The notes under the pieces are model-generated. The model did no database searches. It saw only the letters and a program-made list of their open reading frames with translations, and was not told the DNA's origin. The position numbers and the translations under genes are program-made. A stretch of DNA of 64,000 bases from Lama guanicoe (taxonomy: Eukaryota). Location of the stretch: positions 84,694 through 148,693 of the forward strand of contig MU053410.1 in NCBI GenBank assembly GCA_013239625.1, written 5' to 3'. Of this stretch, positions 12,201 through 23,448 are shown one piece after another. How positions within the stretch are numbered: position 1 is the stretch's first letter; every line of letters begins with the position of its first letter.

Positions 12201-14835
12201 TCACTAACTCGTAAAACCCCCTCCGTCGCAGGCATGCTTGTCACACGCGGCACTGAGCGCTGGCGTCAGTAGCTGCCTCTTACCCAGATTCTACCCACCA
12301 GATTCTACCCACCAGGGCCAGTGGACTCAGGTCCTGTCAGCGGCCATGAGCAACGGAGGAAGAGGACAAGTTAGTTTATCTAAATGCTCAAAGCTGTGGT
12401 GGGAAAGAGGGCTTGACTAACCTGTGAGAACTCAGCCTCATTCCCTTTGAGGGAAAAAATCCCAACAAAGATGACCTAGAAACACCCTCCTTCGCGGGCT
12501 CAGAAGACACAGAACAGACTCTTCTTTGGGTGGAGTGTTCATGTGGCATGATTCTGCCTCAGTGCAAAGTGTTCCTGACACTCGATTTTTCCAGATCCCT
12601 AAGAATCTGGTGCACACCCATCAGAACAAACCCACTTAAGTCCATGGGGTGTTCTCAGTCTTTCTTTTTGGGGGTGTGGAGGTGCTTTTTCCTGAGAGAG
12701 TGAGAATTTCACAGTATGTACCTGAATTTTCTTTATATTTGGACAATTCTAAGGACACGTAGGACCCTTTCTGCTTTGGGGACTCACTCTGCACATGGAC
12801 ACTTCAGTAAAGAAAGGACGACAACTTGTCCACCTCCTGGTCATGTCGCTCCTAGGCATTTTCCCATTATAAACATCCCAGCAGGCTGCAGCCACTCATT
12901 TTCACATTGGCTGGGCTCTCAGGGCTCCCATCTGCCTAGTTGGACACAGAGTCCCTGGGGGCAGCCTCCAAGATGAGAAGGGAAGGGATGACTCAGAAGT
13001 TGCTAGAAGTCTAACAGAAATAAAAGCAAAAATAAACAAATGGGACCTAACTAAAGGAAACCATAAGCAAAACAAAAAGACAACCTACAAAATGGGATAA
13101 AATATTTGCAAAAGATGAGACTGACAAGAGCTTAATTCCAAGACTATATAAACAGCTCATACAACTTAAGAAAAAAAAAAAACCCAACCCAAAATTGGAC
13201 AGAAGACCTAAACAAGCAATTCTCCAGTGAAGACATACAAATGGCCAATAGACACATGATAAAATGCTCAATATCATTAATTATCAGAGAAATGCAAATC
13301 AAAACTACAATGAGGTATCACCTCACAACAGTCAGGATGTCCATCACTCAAAACGAGAAATGCTGGAGAGGCTGTGGAGAAAAGGGACCCTCCTACACTG
13401 CTGGTGGGAATGCAGTTTGGTGCAGCCACTGTGGAAAACAGTATGGAGATTCCTCAAAAGACTAAAACAGACTTACCATATGACCCAACAATCCCACTCC
13501 TGGGCATATATCCAGAGGGAGCCTTAATTCAAAAACATATATGCACCCCAATGTTCACAGCAGCACTATTTACAATAGCCAAGACATGGAAACAACCTAA
13601 ATGTTCATCGACAGATGATGGGATAAAGAAGCTGTGGTATATTCATGTAATGGAATACTCAGCCACAAAAAATAATAAAATGATGCCATTGGCAGCAACA
13701 TGGATGGACCTGGAGATTGTCATTCTAAGTCAAGTAGTCAGAAAGTAAAAGAAAAATACTATACCACTTACATGTGGAATATAAAAAAAAACACAAACAA
13801 ACTTATTTACAAAACAAAAACAGATTCATAGACATAGAAAACAAACTTATGGTTACCAAAGGGGGAAAAAGGGTGGGAAGGGAAAAATTAGGAGTTTGAA
13901 ATTCGCAGATAATAATCTAAAGTATATTAACAACTAGTTTATACTGTACAACACAGGGAACTATATTCAGTATCTTGTAGTAGTTTGATAAAAAAAAGAA
14001 TATGAAAATAAATATATGTATGTTCCTATATGACTGAAGCATTCTGTTGTACACAAAATGTTGTAAACTGTTGACACAACATTGTAAACTGACTATACTT
14101 CAATAAAAATATTTTTTAAATTATAGGGCTATTGAATATTTTTGTTAATTAAAATTTCTGAAAAGAATACACTTCAAAGAAAAAAAAAGTTGCTAGAAGT
14201 TAAACCAGAAAGCACAGATGACACTTCACTGTTTAACAGACCAGCACCAACCCAATGCTGAGACACCACTGCTCCCAGATGTCACCACCAGGAAGGGCGC
14301 ACACACAGGACAGCGCACCGCACGGGGACTGGGCCCCAACATGCACAGCTTGAAGCAGGATCCTGACAAGCTTTCTGGGAGCATCTATGACTTCTAGTGA
14401 GTAAGTTTCTTACTTTTTAAAAAACAGCTTTACTGAGATATAATTCACACATTCCCCCATTTTAGGTATACAATTCAAAGGCTTTTAGTACATTCACATT
14501 TCCTTCTTTGACGCAATAAAATAACCATTTCAGGTTTCATCCTGTCAACTCTGCTGTGTTTGGTTCAAGAGGTCGTGACAGGACCCAGATCTTGATGAGG
14601 ACACCGGTGGCCAGGGCCGCTCCAGGCTGGTCAAGAAACCTGCCCTGAGGGCCTTGGTCTGCACCAACGATGAGTTTCCACCAAGGACCCCATGAGAAAG
14701 CAGTGATTTAACCACAGTGTGAAGGAGCCCAGGAAAAAGGAGGAAACCCAATGTCTGATGTTTACTCACAGATGTGTTTTCATATCCAAAATACTCCAGC
14801 ATGTGGGGCCAGAACAGCAGCTTCATCACCTCCAT
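182..14835 (-). CDS. MIA3-like: MIA3/TANGO1-like paralog (TM + coiled coils + start of proline-rich tail); multi-exon, 3' end off window
   Basis: Exons 14835-14770, 10956-10822, 9459-9438, 8883-8795, 8341-8264, 8173-8063, 6401-6329, 4344-4206, 2852-2754, 2063-2003, 1890-1855, 1779-1628, 1517-1423 and 252-182 total 1227 nt (409 codons). There are no stops, all introns are GT-AG and phases are compatible. Exon-by-exon similarity to recalled human MIA3 C-terminal half. Confidence 0.85.
374..441 (-). pseudogene. Probably decayed MIA3 'PHPR' exon
   Basis: CCTCATCCTCGG (PHPR) lies at the expected position, without usable splice sites. Confidence 0.45.
1160..1256 (-). pseudogene. Probably decayed MIA3 'SPVSGG' exon
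   Basis: [13 protein letters not shown] resembles MIA3 GPSPVSGGECSPP. The expected acceptor reads ttcacat and there is no clear donor; boundaries approximate. Confidence 0.6.
1423..1517 (-). CDS. MIA3-like: Exon [31 protein letters not shown]
   Basis: Colinear with MIA3 LLELTQK...KPMPGKPNTQNPPRR; gtaagg donor. Confidence 0.8.
1628..1779 (-). CDS. MIA3-like: CC2 end exon with heptad expansion [51 protein letters not shown]
   Basis: Ends match MIA3 LKARAAER...REAANLRHK; internal 21-bp repeats. Confidence 0.88.
1655..1762 (-). repeat. Coding 21-bp tandem repeat (AGGGAAAATTCTCAGCTCAGA-like, about 5 copies)
   Basis: Directly visible; encodes the RENS(E/Q)LR heptad. Confidence 0.9.
1855..1890 (-). 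CDS. MIA3-like: 36-nt exon [12 protein letters not shown]
   Basis: Colinear with MIA3 IATHEKKAHENW; ttttcag acceptor, gtaaga donor. Confidence 0.85.
2003..2063 (-). CDS. MIA3-like: CC2 exon [20 protein letters not shown]
   Basis: Colinear with MIA3 [20 protein letters not shown]; canonical splice sites. Confidence 0.85.
2754..2852 (-). CDS. MIA3-like: CC2 exon [33 protein letters not shown]
   Basis: Matches MIA3 ...[20 protein letters not shown]; ctcag acceptor, gtgagt donor. Confidence 0.88.
4206..4344 (-). CDS. MIA3-like: CC2 exon [47 protein letters not shown]
   Basis: 47 aa, colinear with MIA3 DQVKKLEDD...KVEILNELYQQKEMALQK. Confidence 0.85.
4483..6295 (+). mobile_element. Tigger1 DNA transposon, internally deleted and degenerate
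   Basis: TA|CAGGCAT start, ...GCCTG end; transposase remnants (e.g. [22 protein letters not shown]). Confidence 0.9.
6329..6401 (-). CDS. MIA3-like: Exon [24 protein letters not shown]
   Basis: Ends in CNLE like MIA3 ...STKCNLE; ttgcag acceptor, gtatgt donor. Confidence 0.75.
6599..6698 (-). pseudogene. Decayed MIA3-homologous exon ([23 protein letters not shown]...)
   Basis: Matches MIA3 VQIALNEAKLSEEKVKSE; 100 nt with a frameshift and a TAG, although the AG/GT dinucleotides remain. Confidence 0.75.
6847..6918 (-). pseudogene. Decayed MIA3-homologous exon ([24 protein letters not shown]), donor lost
   Basis: Matches MIA3 [24 protein letters not shown]; followed by GGAAAT instead of GT. 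Confidence 0.8.
7195..7448 (-). pseudogene. JAKMIP1: JAKMIP1 processed pseudogene fragment (C-terminus of short isoform)
   Basis: [79 protein letters not shown]; two frameshifts, no introns. Confidence 0.85.
8063..8173 (-). CDS. MIA3-like: Exon [37 protein letters not shown]
   Basis: 111 nt, same length and position as MIA3 DKIKTLEKNQE...KNQDL; gaag acceptor, gtaaga donor. Confidence 0.8.
8264..8341 (-). CDS. MIA3-like: CC1 exon [26 protein letters not shown]
   Basis: Matches MIA3 [26 protein letters not shown] (same length); canonical splice sites. Confidence 0.88.
8480..8650 (-). mobile_element. L1 3' UTR fragment
   Basis: Reverse complement of the cacagggaact...atcttgtagtaacc motif seen in other L1 3' ends in this window. 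Confidence 0.7.
8795..8883 (-). CDS. MIA3-like: CC1 exon [30 protein letters not shown]
   Basis: Matches MIA3 [30 protein letters not shown]; canonical splice sites. Confidence 0.9.
9438..9459 (-). CDS. MIA3-like: 22-nt micro-exon VKPPVYQ
   Basis: Matches MIA3 VKDRVYQ; ctcctag acceptor, gtaaga donor. Confidence 0.85.
10822..10956 (-). CDS. MIA3-like: Transmembrane exon [45 protein letters not shown]
   Basis: Matches MIA3 [33 protein letters not shown]; tttcag acceptor, gtgagt donor. Confidence 0.9.
13011..14186 (+). mobile_element. 5'-truncated L1 with 14-bp target-site duplication
   Basis: ORF2 C-terminus ([21 protein letters not shown]), 3' UTR and poly(A); TSD aagttgctagaagt at 12997-13010 and 14187-14200. 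Confidence 0.92.
14770..14835 (-). CDS. MIA3-like: Putative first coding exon ([22 protein letters not shown])
   Basis: AACATGG Kozak context and a phase-0 GTGAGT donor compatible with the TM exon. No recognisable homology, so this assignment is inferred. Confidence 0.6.
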
Positions 14836-14874
14836 GTTCTGGTCCTCTCAGGGCCCTGAGGTACCCAGGCAGGA

Positions 14875-14985
14875 GGTGGGGGGTGAGAGGGGAGGGGAAG
14901 GGAGGGATGGGGAGGGGAGGGGAGGGGAGGGGTTGGGGAGGGAGTGTGACAGGAAGAGGGGTTGGGGACTTGGGAGGGGAAGGGA
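14875..14985 (+). repeat. G-rich (GGGGA)n tract
   Basis: More than 10 G3-G5 runs; forms a pyrimidine tract on the minus strand upstream of the start exon. Confidence 0.8.
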
Positions 14986-15674
14986 GTCACAGAAAGGATG
15001 AGGGTCAATCAAGCTCTTGAGGGGAGGAAGGAGGGTTCAGTCAAGGGAGCAGGTCAGGAAAACAAACGGCAGGTCAAGCGGACGCTCAGGAGCAGTTGGA
15101 AGGGACAAGACGCCTCCCTCCAAGCCTTCTCCTGTCTGAACGCTGCCTTGGCAATGCCTGTTGCTTTATACCCTCTCTCGACCAATCACTTGCCTCTGCC
15201 CCTGGTCCTCACAGTGGACATTCCGGGCGATGTCACTTTTAGAATGCTCCCCACTACCTGATCCCCCACCACTGCCATCCAACCCTGGGTCCTCTCTGCA
15301 AACTTTTCCAACCTTATGCTTTCTGGTCCTGCCCAATCCAGGTCCCCTGCCCCCTACTGCTGGGTGCTCCCTCCACTTCCTCCAAATTCCCAGGGTCTCC
15401 CATGGGCAGCAGCTGAAAAACGTGAGGGAAAGAATGACAGAACCAAGAGGAACCAACTGCACAGGCAGAGTGGGAGGTCTTCACTCCCCCTCACTCAGCA
15501 TTGCATACAAAAGGCACACAGAATATCCACAAGACGGAGAAGATCTTAACAGCTCACCATCTTAATCACATCGCCACAGCCATATGGCCATCCTTACCTG
15601 TAGTACACTTGTAGATGACACATTAATTTTCAGTACATACGATACATGCATATAAATAAGCCCTGCTAGTTTAG

Positions 15675-16042
15675 GTTTAGTTAGTCTTTGGAAGAATCTC
15701 CAAACTGTTTTTCACAGCGGCTACGCCAAACTGCATTGCCATCAACAGTGTAGGAGGGCCCCCTTCTCTCCACAGCCTCTCCAGCGTTTCTTCTTTGTGA
15801 ACTTTTGTTGAATGATGAACTTTCTGACTGTGTGTGTGAGGTGATACCTCCTAGTTTTGATTTGCATTTCTCTGATAAGGAGAGATATTGAGCATTGTTT
15901 TCGTGTGCCTGTTGGCCATTTGTTTGTCTTCACTGGAGAAATGCGTGTTCAGGTCTTCTGCCCGTGTTTGGATTGGGGTGTTTGTGTTTTGGTTATTAAG
16001 TTGTATGCGGTGATTATGTAGCCTAGAAATTAAGCCTTTGTC
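15675..16042 (-). mobile_element. L1 ORF2 3' fragment
   Basis: ORF track: [14 protein letters not shown]...WRGCGEKG. Confidence 0.88.
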
Positions 16043-16234
16043 AGCTTTGGGCCCCAGCCCTGCCCCGCCAGCTGGCCCCAGGAACCCCAACTCCGGGCAA
16101 ACGCACACAGATCCTAAAACGACCATCTACCCCCCGGTCAGAAAACAGATCAAAATACGTGCACACACCACCTACCACCACCACACTGACCACACACACA
16201 GGTCCCATGACAGCTTCTTGATACTTCAGTTCTG

Positions 16235-18260
16235 TGAGCCTCTGAAGTTCCCCTCACTTGTGCTCACCATCATCTAACAGAAAGAAGTCATAAACGGTAC
16301 TTCGTCTGAGCCATTACAGCTCCTCTGGGAACTTACTTTCTATTATTGCAAGCCTCAGGAGAATATAAAGTTCACAATCGCAGATGGAGTGTTAGCTCAG
16401 TAGCTTTCATGGCTAAAGGGTTTCACAGACCACACAAAACTATTGGCTCTGCTTTTCTCATTCTGTGTTTTCTACACCAACTGAAATTTCCCTTTACATC
16501 TAGTCATTTTGGATTTCAATCAGCGGCCTGATAGAGCATTTTGTAGACAAAGTGTGACTGTTCCTACAGGTCACTGTCTATTGATGAGCATTTTATTCTT
16601 TAGACTTAAACAGTACAACTGACTTCCAACCTACGGCTTTCCGTGTAACTGGAGGAAGAGCAATAAAGCTTGTGCTGCCGTCACTCCCCAGTGCACTGCC
16701 AGACTCACAGCTTGTCCTGCTCACACTCTGACCGCCTCTAGTAAGTGTCTATCCAGAAAAACCAAGCCCACACATGTGGCTGTGACTCTGTATGGTCAGC
16801 ATGCCCACCTTCTCCATTTTTTTACTCTCAGTTGTCACCACTTCTCTGTTATTTGACCTAGAAATTGCCCTCCTCCCACCCCTACCCTGAGCATCTCAAG
16901 AGAATAACCTAAAAACTAAACTCTTCATGGCACAAAGTGTAATCTCACTGCTAGTAGCCATCAGGTTAGCCTATAAGGGAATTAAAAAGGATTAGAATGA
17001 ATGTGTGATAATTAGTTGAAACAAAAACATTATCTTGACTCATAAAATAATCAACTTCATAACTATCAAATGGCATTAGTCTACATTACTATCATTTTGG
17101 CATTTACAGTGTCCTTTATAGATACTAATATGTAAATCACATTTAATACCCTCATTACTACGCTTAGATGGCACGATATCATCATTACTCATTACAGCAA
17201 CTGTCACCATGCTCAGCACCCATTCTGCATCAGCTACCATAACACCTACTATCAGTGCTCCCCACCTGTGAGGCTGCACCAGGACGATCATTAGTAGCTG
17301 TGGGATCCAACGCCTATGGTACTGATTATGTACAAAGTCTTAACCTTCTTCAAGGCTAACACTCATTATTCTAAGCATATTAATACCATTAACATGATTA
17401 TCAAAAATTTTATCTTCTGAATTACTACTACACCTTACAGCCTATTAACCAGCCTTGTCAGCTCATTCTTCCTGAATCAACTGAGTGACACTAGCCTTCA
17501 CTTTTCACTAGCCTTCCTCTCTGTTAGTGCCTCTGCTTGCATCAGCAAGCTGTCTTCTTCCCCCAGCATACGTAGCCAGCCAACTTCATCTATCCCAGGA
17601 ATCATTAACCCCCAGAACTATATCATGACAATGCTAATTTTACTACAAATATCCTTAGACTTTCATACTTCACACAACTCATCACATTCTATAATTTCAC
17701 CAAAACAACATTAGTCAAAACCTTAATCATTTACTACTCACTGAGAAAATCAGACAAGATGATTAAATTCAGGACTTCATTTCTTACTGTATGTACTACC
17801 TGGATCACTTCCACTTGTCACTGCACTAATTTTGATCCAGAACCTTACAGGTTCATTACATTTTATAATAACTCAATGCTAAACTCAAGCAGCATCCATT
17901 TCTTAATCTGGTGTTTCCCCATGACTGACGTGTAAGAGCGTTTTTGGTAAATATGAACCTTTAGGACCTGCTCCTTTGGTTACCAAGAGCACAACTGGAG
18001 TTCGCATTCCTGGACCCAGAGCACCTGCAGTCATGCTGCTCACACCAGGCAGCTGGGGCACATCACACATTATAACACTCAAGCCCTTGGAAAACCAGAC
18101 AGCATGCCCTGTCCTTGTAACCATCTTTGTGAGGAATTATCACAACGAGCCCCATCTGTGCCAAACAGACTTACAACCACTCCCCGCAAGGCCCTCCACC
18201 AGCCACACACACTAGGAGATGTGGGCATCCGTGTACAGACAGCGTGAGGTCCTAGCAGTG
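16235..18260 (+). pseudogene. Old NUMT: COX3(3')-tRNA-Gly-ND3-tRNA-Arg-ND4L-ND4(5')
   Basis: COX3 [25 protein letters not shown] (about 16440-16530), ND3 LFDLEIALL..LPWAS (about 16850-16900), ND4L from ATG 17070 to 17359, and ND4 remnants up to a QTDL motif. Mitochondrial gene order is kept, with many indels; ends approximate. Confidence 0.92.
17006..17069 (+). pseudogene. mt tRNA-Arg remnant within NUMT
   Basis: tgataattagttgaaac...gactcat..., located between ND3 and ND4L. Confidence 0.65.
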
Positions 18261-19249
18261 CTCCAGCCCTGACAACCACCTGCACCTTACGTCATGGTCT
18301 GAACCACGCATGAGGCACCCAGGCACGGGGTCCAGCACTGGGACTATGAGCCCCCTCAGCTGGGTGAAAATCAGAGGGCTTGCTGGAGCGCTGTAAGAAA
18401 CTGAGACTGCTCTTGAAGAGCTGTGCAGAGACTCACGGACTCCCCGTCACAGCAGGGACACAGCACGCTGAACACTGCCTGGGGCTCTGGCTGGCTTGCA
18501 GGGGTGGCTCAGGCAGGCCCCCTGGACTCCCCCAGGCTCCTGCTCCAGCTCTCCGTGTTCTGATGCTGCTCCGCACTTAGGCGGAGGCTCCCATTGCCAG
18601 TAAGAGTGCACACCATGGGAGAAAGTGGCGCTGGCCTGGGTGTGGCCCTGCCTCTGAAAAGGCAGTTAGTCACGGCCAGCTAGAGTGTCCCCGCACACAC
18701 TCTGCAGGGAACAGCACTAGCACCAGGGCAGAGCCTGCCATCCCCAGAACTCACTTTCCTGTGCATGCCTGAAGGGGTGGGGCCAGCTCAGGGCTGCGGC
18801 CACAATCTCTCTGGCCCTGATCCACCCTCTAGCTAAGGTGTGCACACTAGGGAAAAGGTAAAACCAGTACAGAAGGGCCACTGCAAGCCCTCAGGCCTCA
18901 GCTACATCCCAAACCAAAGCAGAAACTGCCATCACACCCAGGAGAACCCAACACCACAGAGATCCTGCTCTAGCCCCACAGGACCCTGTGCCACCCCTGA
19001 CAGAGCTGTAACAGTCACTGAGCAGAGGAAAAGCCCCTGTTTTAACCTGAAACTGGCTCCAGTCCCTCTGACTCCAGCCCTGCCACCCCCATTGCAGGGG
19101 CTGCCAGCATTTCCCAGGGGAAGATGGCAGCCCAGGATCACTTCAGGTCCAACTCTTCCCAACAAACCCGTTGGGCAGAGAAGACTGCACAAGAGTGCTC
19201 TCACACAAGGACACACCTCTAATTCTGGGACAGGTAACTGTTTCACCTA

Positions 19250-20555
19250 GCTTCACAGAGATATATATGCAAGCTAAAATGAGAAGACACAGAAACATGT
19301 TTTAAGTAAAAGAAAAAGAAAATAACCATAGTGAAAAGAGATAAATAATGTACATGACAAAGAGGTCAAAGCAACTGTAATAAGAATAACTGCACTGGGA
19401 AAAAACAGATGAGCACAGGGAGAATTTTTAAAAAGAACTAGAAAATATAAAAAAGAACAAGTCAGAGAAGAACTGCAGGTAATACAGAAGATCAGGCAAC
19501 ACAGATGACCCATTAGCAATCCGGAAGATAGAATAATAAGAAACATCCAATCAGAAAAGCAGGAAGAAAAAGCATGTTACATGAGTCTAAAGGACTTCTG
19601 AGACAGCTCAAGCATAGTAACACTCACATTATGTCTCTCCTGCAGGGAGAGAAAGGCTGAGAAAACATTGGAAGAAATGATGGCTGAAAAATTCCCTGAT
19701 CTGAAAAAGGAAACAGATATCCCAGGCACAGGAATCAGAGAGTCTCTAATGGGATCAGCTCAAACAGACCAACACCAAGACACATCATTACTCAGAAAGC
19801 AAAATTTAAAGATGACAGAATTCTAAAGGCAGCAAGAAAAGAGGAAAGTGTCACAGAAAAGGAAATCCCTCATGAGCCTATCAGCTGTTTTTACTGCACA
19901 TATGTTTTCAATTTACATATATGCACTGTTCATTGTCGCTAAGAATGCTTAGAGCTTTAGCTTTTTAACCTTACATAGTTATTATTAAAGGAATAAAGCC
20001 AACCACAAAATAAGAATTAATTCAAAAAGATACACACACCCCACTATTAACAGCAGCACTATATTTACAATTGCAAAGACACAAAGCACCCCAAGTGCAC
20101 AACAACAGATGAATGGATAAAGAAGATGTACCATTTATATGTAATGGAATACAACTCATCCATAAAACAGAAGGATACTTTGCCATTGGTAGCCTTTCAT
20201 TCACTTTTTTTTTTCTTTTCACTTCAAGAACCAGAATTTTATAACCGGCATAAACATTTCCACTGCATCAAAACCAACAAAATACCTAGAAATAAACTTA
20301 ACCAAGGAGGTTACCTATACTCTGAAAACTGCCAAAACACTGATGAAGTAAACTGAAGATGACACAAAGAAATGGAGATATCTTTTGCTCTTGGATTGGA
20401 AGCATCAACACTATCAAAATGGCCACACTACCCAAAGCAGTCTATAGATCCTGTGCAACCTCTGTCAAAACACTCACAACGTTTTTCACAGAACTAGAAC
20501 AAACAATCCCACAATTTATAGGGAACCACAAAGACCCCAAACAGCCACAGCAATC
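19250..20555 (+). mobile_element. Fragmented older L1 (ORF1 and ORF2 pieces)
   Basis: ORF1-like sequence; ORF2 piece SWIGSINTIKMATLPKAVYR. Confidence 0.75.
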
Positions 20556-20599
20556 TTATGTCCTTTTTCCCCCCTCTCGCTCTTCTATTTGTTCTCTTT

Positions 20600-22540
20600 T
20601 CTTGTCGTTTGATGACTAGAGAATGCCCTTTAACATTTCCTGTAAAGCTGGCTTAGTGGTGCTGAATCCTTTTAGCTTTTGTTCATCTGTGAAGCTTATG
20701 ATTTCTCCATCAAATCTGAACAAGAGCCTTGCTGGATAGAGTATTCTCGGCTGTAAGTTTTTCTCTTTCATCACTTCAAATACGTTGTGCCACTCACTCC
20801 CTTCTGGCCTGTAGAGTTTCTGCTGAGAAATCAGCTGATAACCTCACGGGAGCTCCCTTGTGTGTCGTTTTGTTGCTTTTCTCTTGCTAATTTTAATATT
20901 TTCTCCTCATCCTTAACTGTTGTCAGTTTGATGACCATGTGCCTTGGTGTGTTCCTCTACGGGCTGATCCTGTGTGGTACTCTCTGTGCTTCCCGGACTT
21001 GGGCGACATTTCCTTTCCCAAGTTGGGAAAGTTCTTGGTTATTATCTCTCCAAAAATTTTCTCAGGTCCTTTCTCTCTTTACTTTCTGGGCCTCCTATAA
21101 TGTGAGTATTAGAGCACTTCATGATGTCCCAGAATTCTCTTAAACTATCCTCATTTCTTTTCATTCTCATTTCTTTTTTTCTCTGTAGTAGTGATTTCCA
21201 CTAACCTGTCACCTAGCTCACTGATCTATTCTTCTGCCGCAATTAGTCTGTTCTGGGTTCCTTCTAGTGTGTTATTCATTTCAGTGATCTTATTCAATTC
21301 TGTTTGGGTATTCTTTGTATTTTCCAACTCTGTTAAAAACTTCATTCTGTGCATCTATACTCCCCTTGAGTTCTCTAAACATCTTCACCATCATTACTTA
21401 AAACTCTCAGATAAATTGCCCATCTCCTCACATTATTACTTTTTCTGGGATTTTATCTTGTGCCTTGGCCTGGGAGATATTCTCCTGCCGCCTCATTTTG
21501 TCTTTCTATCTGTATTTTTTAGGTAGGTTAGTTATGTTTCTCAACCTTGGAGAAGTGGCCCTCTGTGGGAGATATCCTATGTGTTCGAGGAGTACACTCC
21601 TCTCTTGTCACCCAAGGGCCAGGGTCCAGCCACTCCCAGTGTAGAATCTGCTTTGTGTTTGTGGGCTCCTTCCACAGGCTGTGAGATTGTTGTTTTCTTA
21701 TTTCTGGTATCTGCCCCTGCTAGAGGAAGCTGGACTAGAAGCTTATGCAGGTTTCCTGGCAGGAGGAGCCGGGGCCTGCCCACTGCTGGGTGAAGCCTGT
21801 TCCTGGACCTCTGGTGGGTAGGGCTGTGTATAGAGGTGTACTTGTCTCAGAAAGTCCACTGATGCGTAGGGTTGTGTTCCCACCCAGTATGTTTGGCCTG
21901 AGGCTTCGCTACAGGCTGTTGGGTGGGGCTACGTTTTGGTGCTAATGATCCAATCAAAATGTCAACTTCCAAGAAAGCTCATACAGATGAACATGCCCAG
22001 AATGTCAGCCATCAGCTTTTACGCCCCCTGGGTGAGCCACAGCCTTCCTCTATGTCCCCAGGAGACCTTCCAAAGCAAGCAGGCAGGTCTGGTCCAGGTT
22101 CCTATGAAATCACTGCCTCTGCCCTTGAACCTGGTGCACATGAGATTGTGTGTATGCTTCCCAAGACAATGAAGTCTCTGTCTCCCCCAGTCCCATGGGG
22201 CTCCTAGAGCTAAGCCCTGCTGGCCTTCAAAACCAGATGTCCCGGGGTCTGCTTCTCCTCTCAATGCCGGGACTTCAGGGTGGGAAGCCTGACATGGGGC
22301 TTAGAACTCTTTCCTGTGGGAGGGTCTTTGTGATTTATTCTTCAGCTTGTGGATAAGCCCACCCCAGGGGGTATGGGGCCTCATTGTATCATAAGGATGC
22401 CCCTCCTACCATCCTGCTGTGGTTCCCTCATTATGTTTCCAGTTGAAGATCTTTTTTGCTAGGTTCTACTCTTTTTTTCAATGCTTGTTTAGCAGTCAGT
22501 TGTGGTTTCACTGTAGTCACGAGGAGAGGTGAGCTCATGG
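20600..22540 (-). mobile_element. L1 5' UTR/ORF1 region, inverted
   Basis: T-rich reverse complement of ORF1 (tctgctgagaaatcagctgata...), followed by GC-richer 5' region. Confidence 0.75.
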
Positions 22541-22759
22541 AAGCCTTTCAGCTGGTTTTCAGCAGTCATTGCAGGCCAGAAGGAATAGCCATGATATATT
22601 CCAAGTACTCAAAGGGAAAAACCTAGAATCTAGGTCACCTAACTCAGCAAAGTTATTAATCACAATTAAAAGACAGTTAAAGAGCTTCTCAGATAAGCAA
22701 AAACTGAGAGTTCATCAATGCTAAACTGACCTTACAAGAAGTAATAAAAGGTTTTTTTA

Positions 22760-23448
22760 GCCACTGCGGAAAACAGTATGGAGATTCCTCGAAAGACTAG
22801 GAATAGACTTACCACATGACCCAGTCATTCTGCTCCTGGGCATACACCCAGGAGGAACCTTACTTCAAAAAGACACCTGCACCCCAATGTTCATAGCAGC
22901 ACTATTTACAATAGCCAAGACATCGAAACAGCCTAAATTTCCATCAACATATGACTGGATAAAGAAGATGTGGTATATTTATACAACGGAAAACTATTCA
23001 GCCATAAAAATCGACAACATAACGCCATTTGCAGCAACATGGATGTTCTGGAGAATGTCATTCTAAGTGAAGTAATCCAGAAAGGGAAAGAAAAATACCA
23101 TGTGAGATTGCTCATATGTGGAATCTAAACAAACAAAACAAGAACATAAACAAAAACAAAACATAAATACAAAACAGACCCATAGACATAGAATGTAAAC
23201 TTGTGGTTGCCAAGGGGGTGGGGGGTGGGAAGGGACAGACTGGGATTTCAAAATGTAGAATAGATAAACAAGATTATACTGTATAGCACAGGGAAATATA
23301 TACAAGATCTGGTGGTAGCTCACAGTGAAAAAAAATGTGACAATGAATGTATGTATGTTCATGTATAACTGAAAAATTGTGCTCTACACTGGAACTTGAC
23401 ACAGCATTGTAAAATGACTATTACTCAATAAAAAAGTTTTTAAAAAAA
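22760..23448 (+). mobile_element. Younger 5'-truncated L1 3' end nested in an older L1
   Basis: ORF2 end, 3' UTR, AATAAA and A-tail; imperfect TSD (aataaaaggtttt / aataaaagatttt). Confidence 0.88.
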
